DNA of 64,000 bases, from assembly GCA_013239625.1 (NCBI GenBank), contig MU053352.1, positions 815,079-879,078 on the forward strand. Direction: 5' to 3'. Of the stretch, positions 1 to 45,836 are shown in pieces. Source of the stretch: Lama guanicoe. Its lineage: Eukaryota. The notes below the pieces were generated by a model. It was not told where the DNA came from. It worked only from the letters and a program-made list of their open reading frames with translations, and made no database searches. The translations under genes and the position numbers were made by a program. The number at the start of each line of letters is the position of its first letter. Position 1 is the first letter of the stretch.

Positions 1-600
1 AGGAGGCGTCACATCAGGGCGGGGGCGGGAGGAGTTGTGGCTCTGTGATTGGCCGAAAGCGCCGCGGAGGCCTCGGGGGCTTGGGGCGTCGGGGAGTGCG
101 CGAGGCGGCCTGGGTTGTGTGCGCTAGCGGAGACAAAGCGGTGGCTGAGGTGGCAGTGGCGGCAGCGGCAGCGGCGACGGAGCAAGCCCTAAACGCCTAA
201 TTTCGTGGTGCTAAGTCCCGTCACCATCTCATCCAGGCGGCGCGTGGGCGGCTGGTCTCGCGGCGGCGGCAGCGGCAGCAGCGGCGGCGGCGGAGGCGGC
301 GGCAGCAGCACATGGTTCCAAGAGCGCGCTGCGGTTGTTGGGTTCCAATTCCGTGGGGAGGGACAAAGGCAGCTGTGAGCGCCGGGAAACGCCCAGTCGG
401 TTGGTGTGCTCGCCACTGCCCTCGATCCGGGCTTTGAAAGCTGGGACTAACTCTTCTCCGTGAGGTGGAGACCACGGGACCGAGGCCAGGAAAGGGCCTC
501 AGAGGCTGAGGCCGCTGTCTGAAGGAAGTGGGGGAGGGGCGCGGCCCGCCTGAGATGATTTGGGTGGGTCAGTTCTGAGGCGACGTAGTGGGTCACTGTG
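1..600. promoter_or_regulatory. MORC2 CpG-island promoter / 5' leader; in human this promoter is shared head-to-head with the TUG1 lncRNA, which would lie left of this window
   Basis: CpG-dense and GC-rich; CRE half-site CGTCA 7-11, GC boxes GGGCGG at 17-29, inverted CCAAT (ATTGG) 48-52; upstream of the MORC2 ATG at 1264. The TUG1 relationship is recalled synteny, not visible here. Confidence 0.85.
260..310 (+). repeat. Interrupted (GGC/AGC)n trinucleotide repeat in the MORC2 5' region
   Basis: gcggcggcggcagcggcagcagcggcggcggcggaggcggcggcagcagca read directly. Confidence 0.9.
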
Positions 601-1239
601 AGGTAATCTGACCCAAATTGGGGCCGACAGCAAGCTAGGTTTGGTCCAGGCTTTGAAAACGAAAGTCGGTCTTCAGCGCTTAGGAAATCTTTAAGTCAGT
701 GTGGTGGTGAAACCGGAACCAACGCCATATGCACTCCATCAACATCGTGGTCACCAGTCTGGGGCTTATTGAAGGATCCTGGGATCTTTGATGGCGAAGA
801 CATGGGTGGTTATCCACTTATATGACAGAAGTTGCTAGATTTCCGGATTGGTAAATTTCCTCAAGAAATTTAGAGGAACAAAGAAAGGCTCTAAGAACAT
901 GAAGATGGAGCAGTAATAAAATCGCCATCTCCAGTATCTTCTACTCCAGCACTAACCACATTCGACTTGCGAACTATCGCAAATTAACGCTAAAGATCCT
1001 GAAGAGTACAGATTTATGACGTAGTTCTTCCCAAGATACTATACCATAGTTGTTGAGAAGATTAAACAAAAATTAAAGGAGAAATCAATTATTGTTTTAG
1101 ACAACCCTTTGAATATATTTTGGATAGATACTAGGTAATCTTGCTTGATTATAGGGAGCACAGATTTACCAAATCTTACAAGAAGGAATCCTGAAAAATT
1201 TATTCCATTGTAAGCTTATATTTCCCAGTTAGTAGGTAA

Positions 1240-36133
<34,894 letters not shown>

Positions 36134-37880
36134 GGGGCCCAGAGCCAGAGATCAGCTTCCCTACCCCTAAAGGCAGAGCTCCTGGGGGTGGCGCTTCATT
36201 CACGGGTTGGTGGACTTACCTTGGTTTGACTCACGTGGGACATTTGTGCTTTTGGAGGGAAAGAGACTCTGATTCTTTGAATCTTCCTCCCTAAGTTTAT
36301 AAATATTTATTTTTTAAAAGAAACAAGATGCTGTGCCTGCTGTGAGACCATACCTTTTTTGGTGACTCTTGGGCAAAGGACAGAGAGAACCAGGACACCA
36401 AGTCCGAGCCACATCTGTTGGTTCCTGGCTCCTCAAGATGTGGCAAATCCAGCGCCTCTTGGAAGTTGGAGAGGCTCCAGGGGCAGGGCTGGGGGAGGGA
36501 CAGGGCCCCCCAGAGTGGTGCTTCCCCAGGAACTCCAATCCAGGGGACTCCAAGGGGGCCACGGGTCAGGAGGAGGCTAAGCACTGAGCAGCTCTCCCAC
36601 TCATGGCTCCTGCCCCAGGCAGGGATGTGAGTGGTGGCCTGCGCTGTCGGGCACCTTGGCTGTGGCACAGTCCAAACAGCTTGGGGAAGAAAGATCCTCC
36701 TGTTCAGCTTCCCCATCCACCGCCCAAGTGCTCCCTGCTGGAGATTTCCACAGCTAACTGTGGACACTGAGGTTTCCTGCCTCAAAAACTTGAGTCTGGG
36801 TTGAGGAGTGGACTGATCCAACTCTGGTCCGACTGCTGACCTGGGTAGCACGCTGAATGTTTGAAGTCCAAAGGATTTCCTTTAGGAAAGGACCTTGTGT
36901 GTGAAGGATCCCCTGTGCTGACCTGGTGGAGCTCTGTCAGTGGGTGTGGCAGGGTCCTGAAGGAGCACGCCTGCCTCCATGCTGTGGGCCATCTGGAGGG
37001 CCTGCTGCTGCTTTTTCTTCCCTTGCTCCCTCTCTGCCCCACCATGCCTGGTCAGGGTCCCTGCTTTGGGCCAGAAAGGAGGAGGGGCCCACAGGTGTGG
37101 GAAGTGGGTCGCAGGGACTCCAGAGGCTGCTCTGTAGGAAGCACACCATGCCTTTCCTGCCGCCTGGTCACAGCCTCATACAGCTGTGGCCCTCAAACAA
37201 CTTCTCAGGGTCAAAGACAAAGGCAGGAGTCACTGAGTTTTCTCTTTAATGGCCATTGGAAAAATTCTGGTTTGCTTTCCTCCAACTCTCTTCTTCCCCC
37301 TCTTTATTTGGGGACTTAGGGTTTTCAAGAGCTATGGCCTTCGACCACTGGTCTGCGAGTCAGACCTCTCAGTGTTTCCGGCAGCTTCCCACATCTGGCC
37401 AGCAGTGGCCCTGTGAAGTCTGCAGAAGACTGGGAGCACTGCGAGGCCCCTAGATTAGATAGGCCACACTGGATTAGAAGTCTTCACCCACTTGTGCACG
37501 TAGCCAGAGCGCCTGTGACTTGTGGGTTTGGGGCTTCCCCAAACACATTCCTGGTAGAGGGCTGTTTGGGGGAAATACCATTCAGAGAGACCCTGCCCTC
37601 TTCCTCTGGAAGATTCTCTGAGTCTTGGGGTTTCTTGAACTGGTGGTTCCTCTCCTGTCCAGCTCGCCTTCTCCATCACAGGCAGCATATGGTCCATTTT
37701 TGTCCCCAAACATACTGTTTTAATCTAAATGGAAGTTGGTTCTGCATTTTTACCAGAGGGTAAACTCAAGTTTTTTATTTACACACCTGTAATCAAAATG
37801 CAATACTATAAACTTTCACTGGTGAGACTCCTGAACTCAGTCTGTTTTCTTCTTAGTAAAATCCAGCATCTTCCTCCTCT
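36134..37880 (+). other. MORC2: MORC2 3' UTR (3' end uncertain)
   Basis: Follows the stop codon. I saw no plus-strand AATAAA; variant signals are TATAAA 36298-36303, TATAAA 37807-37812 and AGTAAA 37855-37860. Confidence 0.55.
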
Positions 37881-40800
37881 TCATCCTTTCCTCCACTGTG
37901 GCTTTAAATTGTCTTCAAATTCTTCCTCATCTCCACCATCTTCAGTGTCTTGTATCTTCAGCCTCCTTACACCCACAGGAACTGAAATACTGCATTTCTT
38001 AAATGTTTTAGCTTCAACTTCTGGGTGTGCTACCTTGCTGTTTAAATCCAACCACAGCTGCGCTGAGTGCAGCCTGCTTCCCACGCGGAGCTCCTGCCAT
38101 TCTGGGTAGGAAGATGCCATGCAGGGGTCTCTTCCATTCCCCTGTCACAGATAACTGATCTCCTTGGAACTGTGGGAGGAAGGAGATGGTCTGGTTGGTC
38201 TGTGGCAAGAAGGTCCTGGGTTCAAGGCTGCGAGGTGGTGAATGAGTGCAGTGACCCTTGTTTTTAAGGATAAGAGGGATGAGGAATTTCTTTTGTGTTT
38301 TTTGTTTTGTTTTTTTAAGTGACACATGCACATGGTAAAAATTCAAACAGTACAAAAGGCTGGACCATGAAAAACAAGGCTCCCTCCCCCCCACCCCCTC
38401 CCGGGAGAGAGTATCCACCCTTAGCACACAAGTACACATCCACACAATTTCTGCCTGTTTCCCACTTAGTGTATCTTGGAACCTGTTTCAGAAGAGCTCA
38501 TATGGATCTACTTTATTCTTCTGAACAACCATATAGCCTTTCATTGTCTTGAATGTACTGTCATTTAACAGTCCCCTATTTATGAATATTTGGATTTTTA
38601 GTGTTTATGAAAAATGATGTGATGACTATCTGTGTGTGTGTGTACTTAATCATTAACTCAGATCCCTATGTATATAGGATAAATTCCAAAGAGAGAAATA
38701 GCTGTGTCAGACGGATGTATTAAAAATTCGAAGATACATTCCAGAAAAGACTTCCAATTTCAACTCCTATCAGTAGTGTGTTATTTCCCCCACACACTTG
38801 CCTGTATGCAGGCTCTTCCATCTTAACTGTTTACTAATCTGAAAGGTGAAAAGTGGACTTTTGAATTGGTTTGAACTACCCTGACATTGAGCATCTTCAT
38901 TGGCCAGCTGTGTTTGAGACAGGGCTGTACTTCTGAAACTTCGGTTAGGAACTTTTCTGTAAATCATGAAAAATAAGGGGCAAAATCCTCAAAAAAGTTC
39001 ACCTTATACCACTGCCTCAGCTCCCAAGTGTCCCATGGATTTAGCATTAAAAACCCCACTTTAGCATCAATACTGTCCTCATTACTAGGTCAGGACAAGG
39101 GTTTGATATTTTGGTTTACCAAAGGAAGGCATCGGTTAATAGCAGGCTGAGAGAAACGCCTCTGATTCCTCCTCTACATCTGTCTGGGTGGCATTGCTTT
39201 TTGGTTCCCCTTGTTGGGTCCAGTTCCCCTTGAAAGACATGAGTGTCTTTTAGACCCGTGGTTCCAGCAGCATTAGCGAAGAGTTCACAGCTCTAAAGAC
39301 CAGTAAGTGTTAAGACTGGTAAGTTCAGACTTCTTTACCTGCGCGTGCAGTGCCTCCACTGGCTACTTGTCTCCAGTGTAAGGCTGTTGTGCAGCTGGGC
39401 CAGGCTATTGGGGACCTGTTGACGGTTGCCAAGATGCCGAAAACATCCTCAGAATTCCACTGGAGGGTTCTGCCCTTTTGTTGAAGCCTCTGAGGCTTCC
39501 TTTGGAATAGCCATATTGCTCTTGGTTCCCTGAGCAGGTGGACAGCCAGTTTGGCCACAGGACACAGAGCTCTAAAGGAACATGCTTCCTCCAGTGCAAC
39601 ATTTGAGGCCTCAGACTGTCCTCAGCACTATTGGGGGCACCCTCTTGATAGTGCGCAAGACACAGACTGGACAGAGGAAGGACCTGGCAAGGCACATCCC
39701 ACTCAGCAGTGAGCCAAAATGTTGCCAAGCCTGTTTCTCAGTCTGGCGATTTACACCTCCTAACTAGGAACATGCCAGGCCCAACTAGGGCTCCTGGTGG
39801 ATCCTGCAGAAATTTCCCTCCTTCTTCCAGCTCACAAAGCCTCAGACAAATCACTGCCCATCCTGGGTCCCCTCTTTAAAATAAAGGAGCTGGATGACAG
39901 TAGAGATTTTATGGCCTACTAAGGCACAGGGCCAATTCTCCACCAGAACCTATAAGGACAGCCAGTAATTGAGCTGGTCTCAAGTTGCAATGAGGGCCCA
40001 AAGCCCTTGTTGCCCTGACCTGTTATTTTTGCTTCTAAGAGTCACTGGTCCCCACGGGCTACCAGTAGGCCTTCCACGGCTTACTCAGTGGCCTTCCTCG
40101 GAGCCGCCTAACCATCAGCCCATTCAGTATGCCCTGAGGCAAGCAGGGCAGGGCTTCCATCCAGCCTCCTTCGGGCTGCAGGAAGGTTGCCTGTGCTACT
40201 TCCTGAGGCACGGGCTTTCTCAGCAGCTTCCAGCCAAGGCTCGGAGGGTAGGGATCCCACGGCACAGAGGCAAACCTGGGCTAGTGAGACTAGAAGGCTC
40301 TGGCGGACACATCCCTCCTCCTTTCTTGTCCCTTCCTGACGCTGCTATGATGTTTCCATGGGATCCTCCAGGGCCACTCCTGCCAGAGCACCTGCAGGTT
40401 TTTGGGGAAGTGGTGGGCGCTCTAATCCAGCACTTTGAATTTACGTTCCTTCCTTCCCCGCTTTTCCTCTATTGAAGCTCTGGGCTCTCACTCCCCGCAC
40501 CACTTCCCCATCATTTAAGCCAGTCTGTTCCTAGTCAGGTCTGGAGCACTGCGATGCGAGAACCCCTGAGTGTCAGAAGGGAGAATTTTGACTTCCTCAC
40601 GCTAAATCATCAGCTACCATAATACAGCAGGAGCTCGAGGGCTGGCTGCAGATTCTCACCTGGCCTAAAGGACGCGGCCCGCAGCACTGGGTCATCTCTC
40701 AAAACGGGCTTTGCGGGTATCGGTGGGCCGGCGTCCTCCCAGACCGCCAACGGTTGCATGACGCGGAGAACGCCCGTCTCGCCCGCCCGCATCTTGAGCC

Positions 40801-40900
40801 TCGAGACAGGCGCGCAACGGCGCCTGCGCGGTGCAGTTGCTGCACGTGCTCCGCGCCCTGCGCATGCGCCTTGGGAGGCTCGCGAGCCTGCCAAGGGGCC
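37755..40900 (-). ncRNA. Putative spliced antisense transcript at the position of human MORC2-AS1 (predicted exons ~40900-40660, 40391-40020, 39571-39339, 38169-~37755)
   Basis: CpG-island promoter, ordered minus-strand donors and acceptors, minus-strand AATAAA 37774-37779; identity inferred from synteny only. Confidence 0.5.
37774..37779 (-). terminator. AATAAA polyadenylation signal on the - strand (antisense unit)
   Basis: Plus strand reads tttatt at 37774-37779. Confidence 0.5.
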
Positions 40901-41350
40901 CGAAGCGCGAGTGCCAGCGTCTGCGCCTCAGCGCGGGTGAGGAGAAGGGGAGGTGAGCGAGCCCGGGTGTGCGAGGCCCGCCCCGGGGTCCGACGTCGGG
41001 TCCCTGCGGCCCCACCGCGCGCGGCCAGGCTGGGGCCGGCGGCCGCGGGGTCTCACGTCCCGGGTCAGCGGGAGGCTTTGGGACAGGGCAGTGGGGAGGT
41101 TGGATTTTGCCCCTGTAGTCTGCGTGTCAAGCCCTGGCTCGGAGGAAACCTTTCACCGCGGCTGTTTTCCAACTTTCTTGGGTCACTACAGGAAAATTTC
41201 TTGTAGAGATGCCCCTTATTGGTGTGGTGCTTTTACATCTGCAAGACAGAGGACCTGGAGAGGAAGCCGCGGGTTTTACATTTTAAAATAGCCTCTCCAG
41301 GTACCTTCCCCTGACTGACCCGCCCGCTCGCCCTGACGGCTCGGGTTTAA
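40600..41350. promoter_or_regulatory. Intergenic CpG island / probable promoter
   Basis: Dense CpG; NRF1-type TGCGCATGCGC 40859-40869 and GCGCCTGCGC 40820-40829; E-box CACGTG 40843-40848. Confidence 0.85.
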
Positions 41351-42511
41351 CAGCTGCGCCTCGTTTTCCGCTGGTTTGTCTGTCCGTGGCTTGGTTTATG
41401 GTGTTGTTTGAAAGGTTTTGGGGTTTCCTATCGTGCTTGAGAAAATCCTTCCCCCTCTATCCAACCCCTGAGTATTCTCTTAAATTTTGTTGCACTGTTT
41501 TAAAGTTTTTTTTGTGTATCAATCTCCATTTCCTATGGAAATTATTTTAGTAGAAGTGGTAGGGCAGGAGTCAAACTTTGGTTTTGGTTTTTCCAGGTGG
41601 AACTTCACTTCTGCCAGCGCCATTTATTAAGTGACCCGCCTTGGTTATTACTTATATTACACTGTATGTGGTTTTGGATCTGTTGAGTTTGAGATGACCC
41701 TTAAATACAACAATGGAGACATACTGTTACCAGCTAGACGGACAGGTGATTCCGACGTGAGGGTTGAGCTCCTAGAATCTGGGGGCGTCATCAGCAGATA
41801 GATCAGTTTCCCTCACAGTTTTACTTTTTAGAATGTTTTTCCAGGCGACTGTTAGAATTTCTTCTTTCACATGAGATTTAAAATCACGTTATCCAATTCT
41901 CTCCTCTCCCTGCCTCCCCCCGCCAATTCCATTGGGGTTTAAATTTTAATTGCATTAAATGTAGATGTAAGTTGTGGGAGGGTTGACATTTTTATGATTT
42001 TAAATCTCCCTAGATGCTATGGTTTTTCCATTTGTTTGACTCCTTTTAGATCTTCCAATAAGATTTTATTATTTCTTCATACGGGTTCTAAAACTTTCTC
42101 ATTTTATTCCTAAATGTCTTGTATTTTTTGTCACTACTGTGGATGAGGGGTTTTTTTTTTTGTCTCTATTCCTGATAGTTAATATAGAGAAAAGCAAATT
42201 ATTTAATATTGCTTATTTTCTATCATACGAACTCCGGTAGTTTTTAAAAGAAACTTGTATTTTATAGATGAAATGTGAAAATTTGCCAGTTTGCCAGTTT
42301 AACTGCAGAACCTCTGAAACAGTGTTGAATAATTATCGAGGTCTTTCTGATGCGCATGGAAATTCATATGTTAGGGCTGAGCAGGATATTGGCTGTTGGT
42401 TTTGGTGAACGGCCTTTAAAGTGTGGAAAGACCTTCCTTCTGTTTTTGTTGTCTCTTTTTTTAAACTTGGGGCTTTTGGGATGGAGCTGTGGCTGACGAT
42501 CTTGTCTGAGT

Positions 42512-42530
42512 TGAGCGCCAGGGGGCACTA
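42512..42530 (+). promoter_or_regulatory. CTCF-like motif
   Basis: TGAGCGCCAGGGGGCACTA versus consensus TGGCCACCAGGGGGCGCTA. Confidence 0.55.
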
Positions 42531-45500
42531 GTTACACAGAATGAAACGTGGGTTGTGAGCCCCCTAACCCTGTCCCCCAACCCTGTCCCCCATTGTCAAA
42601 GGCCATTTCAGCATCTATTGCTAAAACCATATGGGTTTTTTCTCCTTTAAGCTGTTTTAATGATTACTTTTATTAGACACTGAGTAACTATGAAATACTG
42701 TATCAAATATTTATAGGACTATGCAGTGTACATCTTTCATTTGGTTTAAGAAAATGCATTATTATTAGTTTATAATCCATGTGTGCCCCTCCTGAGCCCT
42801 CTCCCCTCTCCTCCTTGCTCAGTGGTAACCACCATTCTGAATTTTGTGTTTATGATGTTTTCTTTGCTCTTTTTATACTTTAACCATCTTGGTTTATATT
42901 TCTAAATAATTGCTTGGCCTATTTTTGAACTTAAATGGACATGACATTTTATTTACTGTTCTGCAGTTTGCCTGTTAATATTATGTTCCAGAAATTCATC
43001 CATGTTGTTGGGTGTAGCTGTAATTTGTTCACCTTCCCTACTGTATAGTAGTGCTGCATACTCGAGAGTAATGGAAATGAATTGCACCTACAGTGGAACA
43101 TACCACAATTTTGAAAATCCATGTCGCTCTGATTGGCATTTGGGTTGTTTGAAAGCTTTTTGTTAATGCAGTACATCTGTGGACATTTGTGTTTATGTCT
43201 CTGGTTGCTTGCATAGTACTTGGAGTAGACTGAGTAGACTTGCTGTGTCATAGGTCATGCCCTCTTCAACTTTCCTAAGTAATACCAGATTGTTTTCAGA
43301 AGCAGTTGTATCAATTTACATGCTCATTGGCACTAAGCGCTTCATTTCTCTACTTCCTCACCCACACTTGATACTGCTAGACTTGATTTGTTTTTTGCCA
43401 GTCTGATGGGTGTGTAGTGTTAACTCATTGTGGTTTAATCTGCATTTCTCTGATTTCTGATGGGGTTAAGCATCTTTCAATAAAGTGTTTGCTCAAGCCT
43501 TTTGCCGATTTTCCTTCTTGTAACTTGTTTAAGAAGTCCTTCCCTATCCTGAGGTCATAAAGATACTTTTTATATTGTCTTCTAAAGTGTGTATAGTTTT
43601 GTCTTTCACATATAGATCTTTAATCCATCTGGAACTGACCTTTGCGTACGGTGTGAAGTAGAGCTCCAGTTCCTTCCTTCCTCCTTCCCTTCTTCCTGAT
43701 TGTCCTTACACCTCTTATTGAAAAGTCTTACCTTTCTCCATTAATCTACAATGTTACCCCTCTTGTATATGAAATGTTCATATATGTATGAATCTGTTTC
43801 TGGATTTTTATTCAGTTACATTTGTCTGTTGTCTCTCTACACACTAACTTTATTATAGTTTTATAGTAAGTTTTGCTACCTAGTAGAGCTGATCCTACCA
43901 CTTTTTCTGCTTCAAGAGCATCTTGAATATTTTTGGTCCTTTGCATTTCATATGAATTTTAGAATCATTTTATCAAGTTCCATGGGAAAACCTATATGGG
44001 GTTTCATTCGAATTGATTGTATGTTATCAGTTTGAGAAAAATTGGTATCTTTTTAAGTCTTCCAAATCATGAAAATGGTATAACTCTCCATTAATTTAGA
44101 TCTTTCTTTAGTGTCTTTCATGGCAATTTTATCTTTAGAGGTCTTGTGTGTCCTTTGTTACATGTATCCTAGGTATCTTATGATATTTGATGCTATCATA
44201 AATGGTATTTTTTAGAAGTTAATTTTCTGACATTTTGTTGCTAGTTTGTAAAAATGTAATTGATTTTTATATATTGACTATTCTAATTTATATCCCGATT
44301 CTTTTGGATTTTCTTTGATATATTGTTTGTGAGCAGTGATAATTTTGTCAGTTCTCATACCTCATGTATTTTTCTTGCCTTATTGCATTGGCTAGGATTG
44401 CCAATACAGTGTTGAAAGTAGAGTGTGAAAGTGGGTATCCTTTTTTGTTCCCTGTCTCACAGAGAAAGCTTTTTTCTGTAGGTATCATTCATCAGATTAA
44501 ATTTCTTTCTATTCCTATATTTAAGCATTTTTTTCTTGTAAATATCACAGATGCATGTTGAATTTCATCTCAAGTATTTTCTGCATCCATTGAGATGACC
44601 ATTCAGTGTTCTCCTTTAATTTGTTACTGTGGTGAATTGCATTGGTTAGTTTTTCTTAGGGTAAACCAACCGTGCACTTCTGGAATGATTTTTTTGTATT
44701 GCTAGATTTGTTAATGTTTTGTTTTGAATTGTACCAGCATGTGAGTGACACTAGTTTGTGATTTTCCTCTCTTACACTGTCCTTGTTAGGTTTTCTTAAC
44801 TAGATTATACTAGCCTCAAAAAACAAGGACAGTTTCTGTAAGATTGGTTATTCCTTGGTCAGCTGTATCTGGAGTTTGGTGTATATATGTGAGGGGAGGT
44901 TTTTTAACTGAATTTTTTTAAAAAAATGGTTATACTATTATTCAGGCTCTTCTAATTTTTGAGTCAGTTTTAAGTCATATTTTTCTAGAGTTTGTCTCAG
45001 TTTTTCAAAGGTATTGTCACACAGTTGTTATAATATCCCTAAAATACCTTTAGCATCTGTATCTATGTCCTCTTTTCATTGCAAGTATTGTTTTTTGGGT
45101 TCATCCATTTTCTCCTTCCTTCTGTTTTCCTTATCAGTAAAGTTTGTCAGTTTTATTTTTTCTAAGAATCAACCTCAACTACCTTGGTCCTTTCTATTAT
45201 GTTTGTTTTCTCATTCACTAATTTCTAATCATTATTTCCTTACTTTCCTTTCTTTGAGTTTATCCTAACATTCATTTCCCTACTCAAATTGGATGTTTAG
45301 CTCATTATTTTTTGGCCTTTTACTTTTAGAACATGAGCTTTCAAGGCTATAAATTTCCCTCTAAGTACAGCTTTATTTGTATCCTGTAAGTTTAGATATA
45401 TAATATTTTAAGTTTTAATTGTATTTTCTGGTTTTTGTTTTCTTTTTTGATCCATAAGTTTTTTTAAAAGTGTATTTCTTAATGTTCAAACATGGTTATT

Positions 45501-45708
45501 TTTTCTAATTTTCTTTTTGTTACTGATTTTTAACTATCTTTGTTGTCATCTGAGAACGTGGCCTATATATACCAGTCCTTTGAAATTTGCTGAGGCTTTA
45601 CGACTGGCCTAAGTGTGTGGCTAATATTCATAAATTTTCTGTGCATTTCAAAAATATGTATTTTGCTGTTATGTATAATTCCCTGTATGTGCCTATTACA
45701 ACAAGTTT

Positions 45709-45836
45709 ACTTTTGATTCTTTTTTTGGGGGGGTAGGTAATTAGGTTTATTTATCTTAAATGGAGGTACTGGGGGTTGAACCCAGGACCTCATGCATGGT
45801 AAGTGTGCACTCTACCACTAAGCTATACCCTCTCCT
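45709..45836 (-). mobile_element. tRNA-derived SINE, camelid vic-1-like, long form
   Basis: Reverse A/B boxes; 17-bp target-site duplication cctattacaacaagttt (45692-45708) / cctattacaccaagttt (45837-45853). Confidence 0.9.

Noticed and set aside
189..475. Minus-strand Pro/Arg-rich ORFs in the promoter
   Set aside because: Translations of the GGC repeat and GC-rich island with non-ATG starts; not recognisable as a TUG1-encoded or other protein
36299..36310. 12-bp palindrome ataaatatttat in the MORC2 3' UTR
   Set aside because: Short A/T palindromes are common; better explained as an AU-rich element or variant poly(A) signal
42565..43240. Short tandem duplications (aaccctgtccccc x2, gagtagact x2)
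   Set aside because: Ordinary slippage duplications; no spacer-repeat array, so not CRISPR-like
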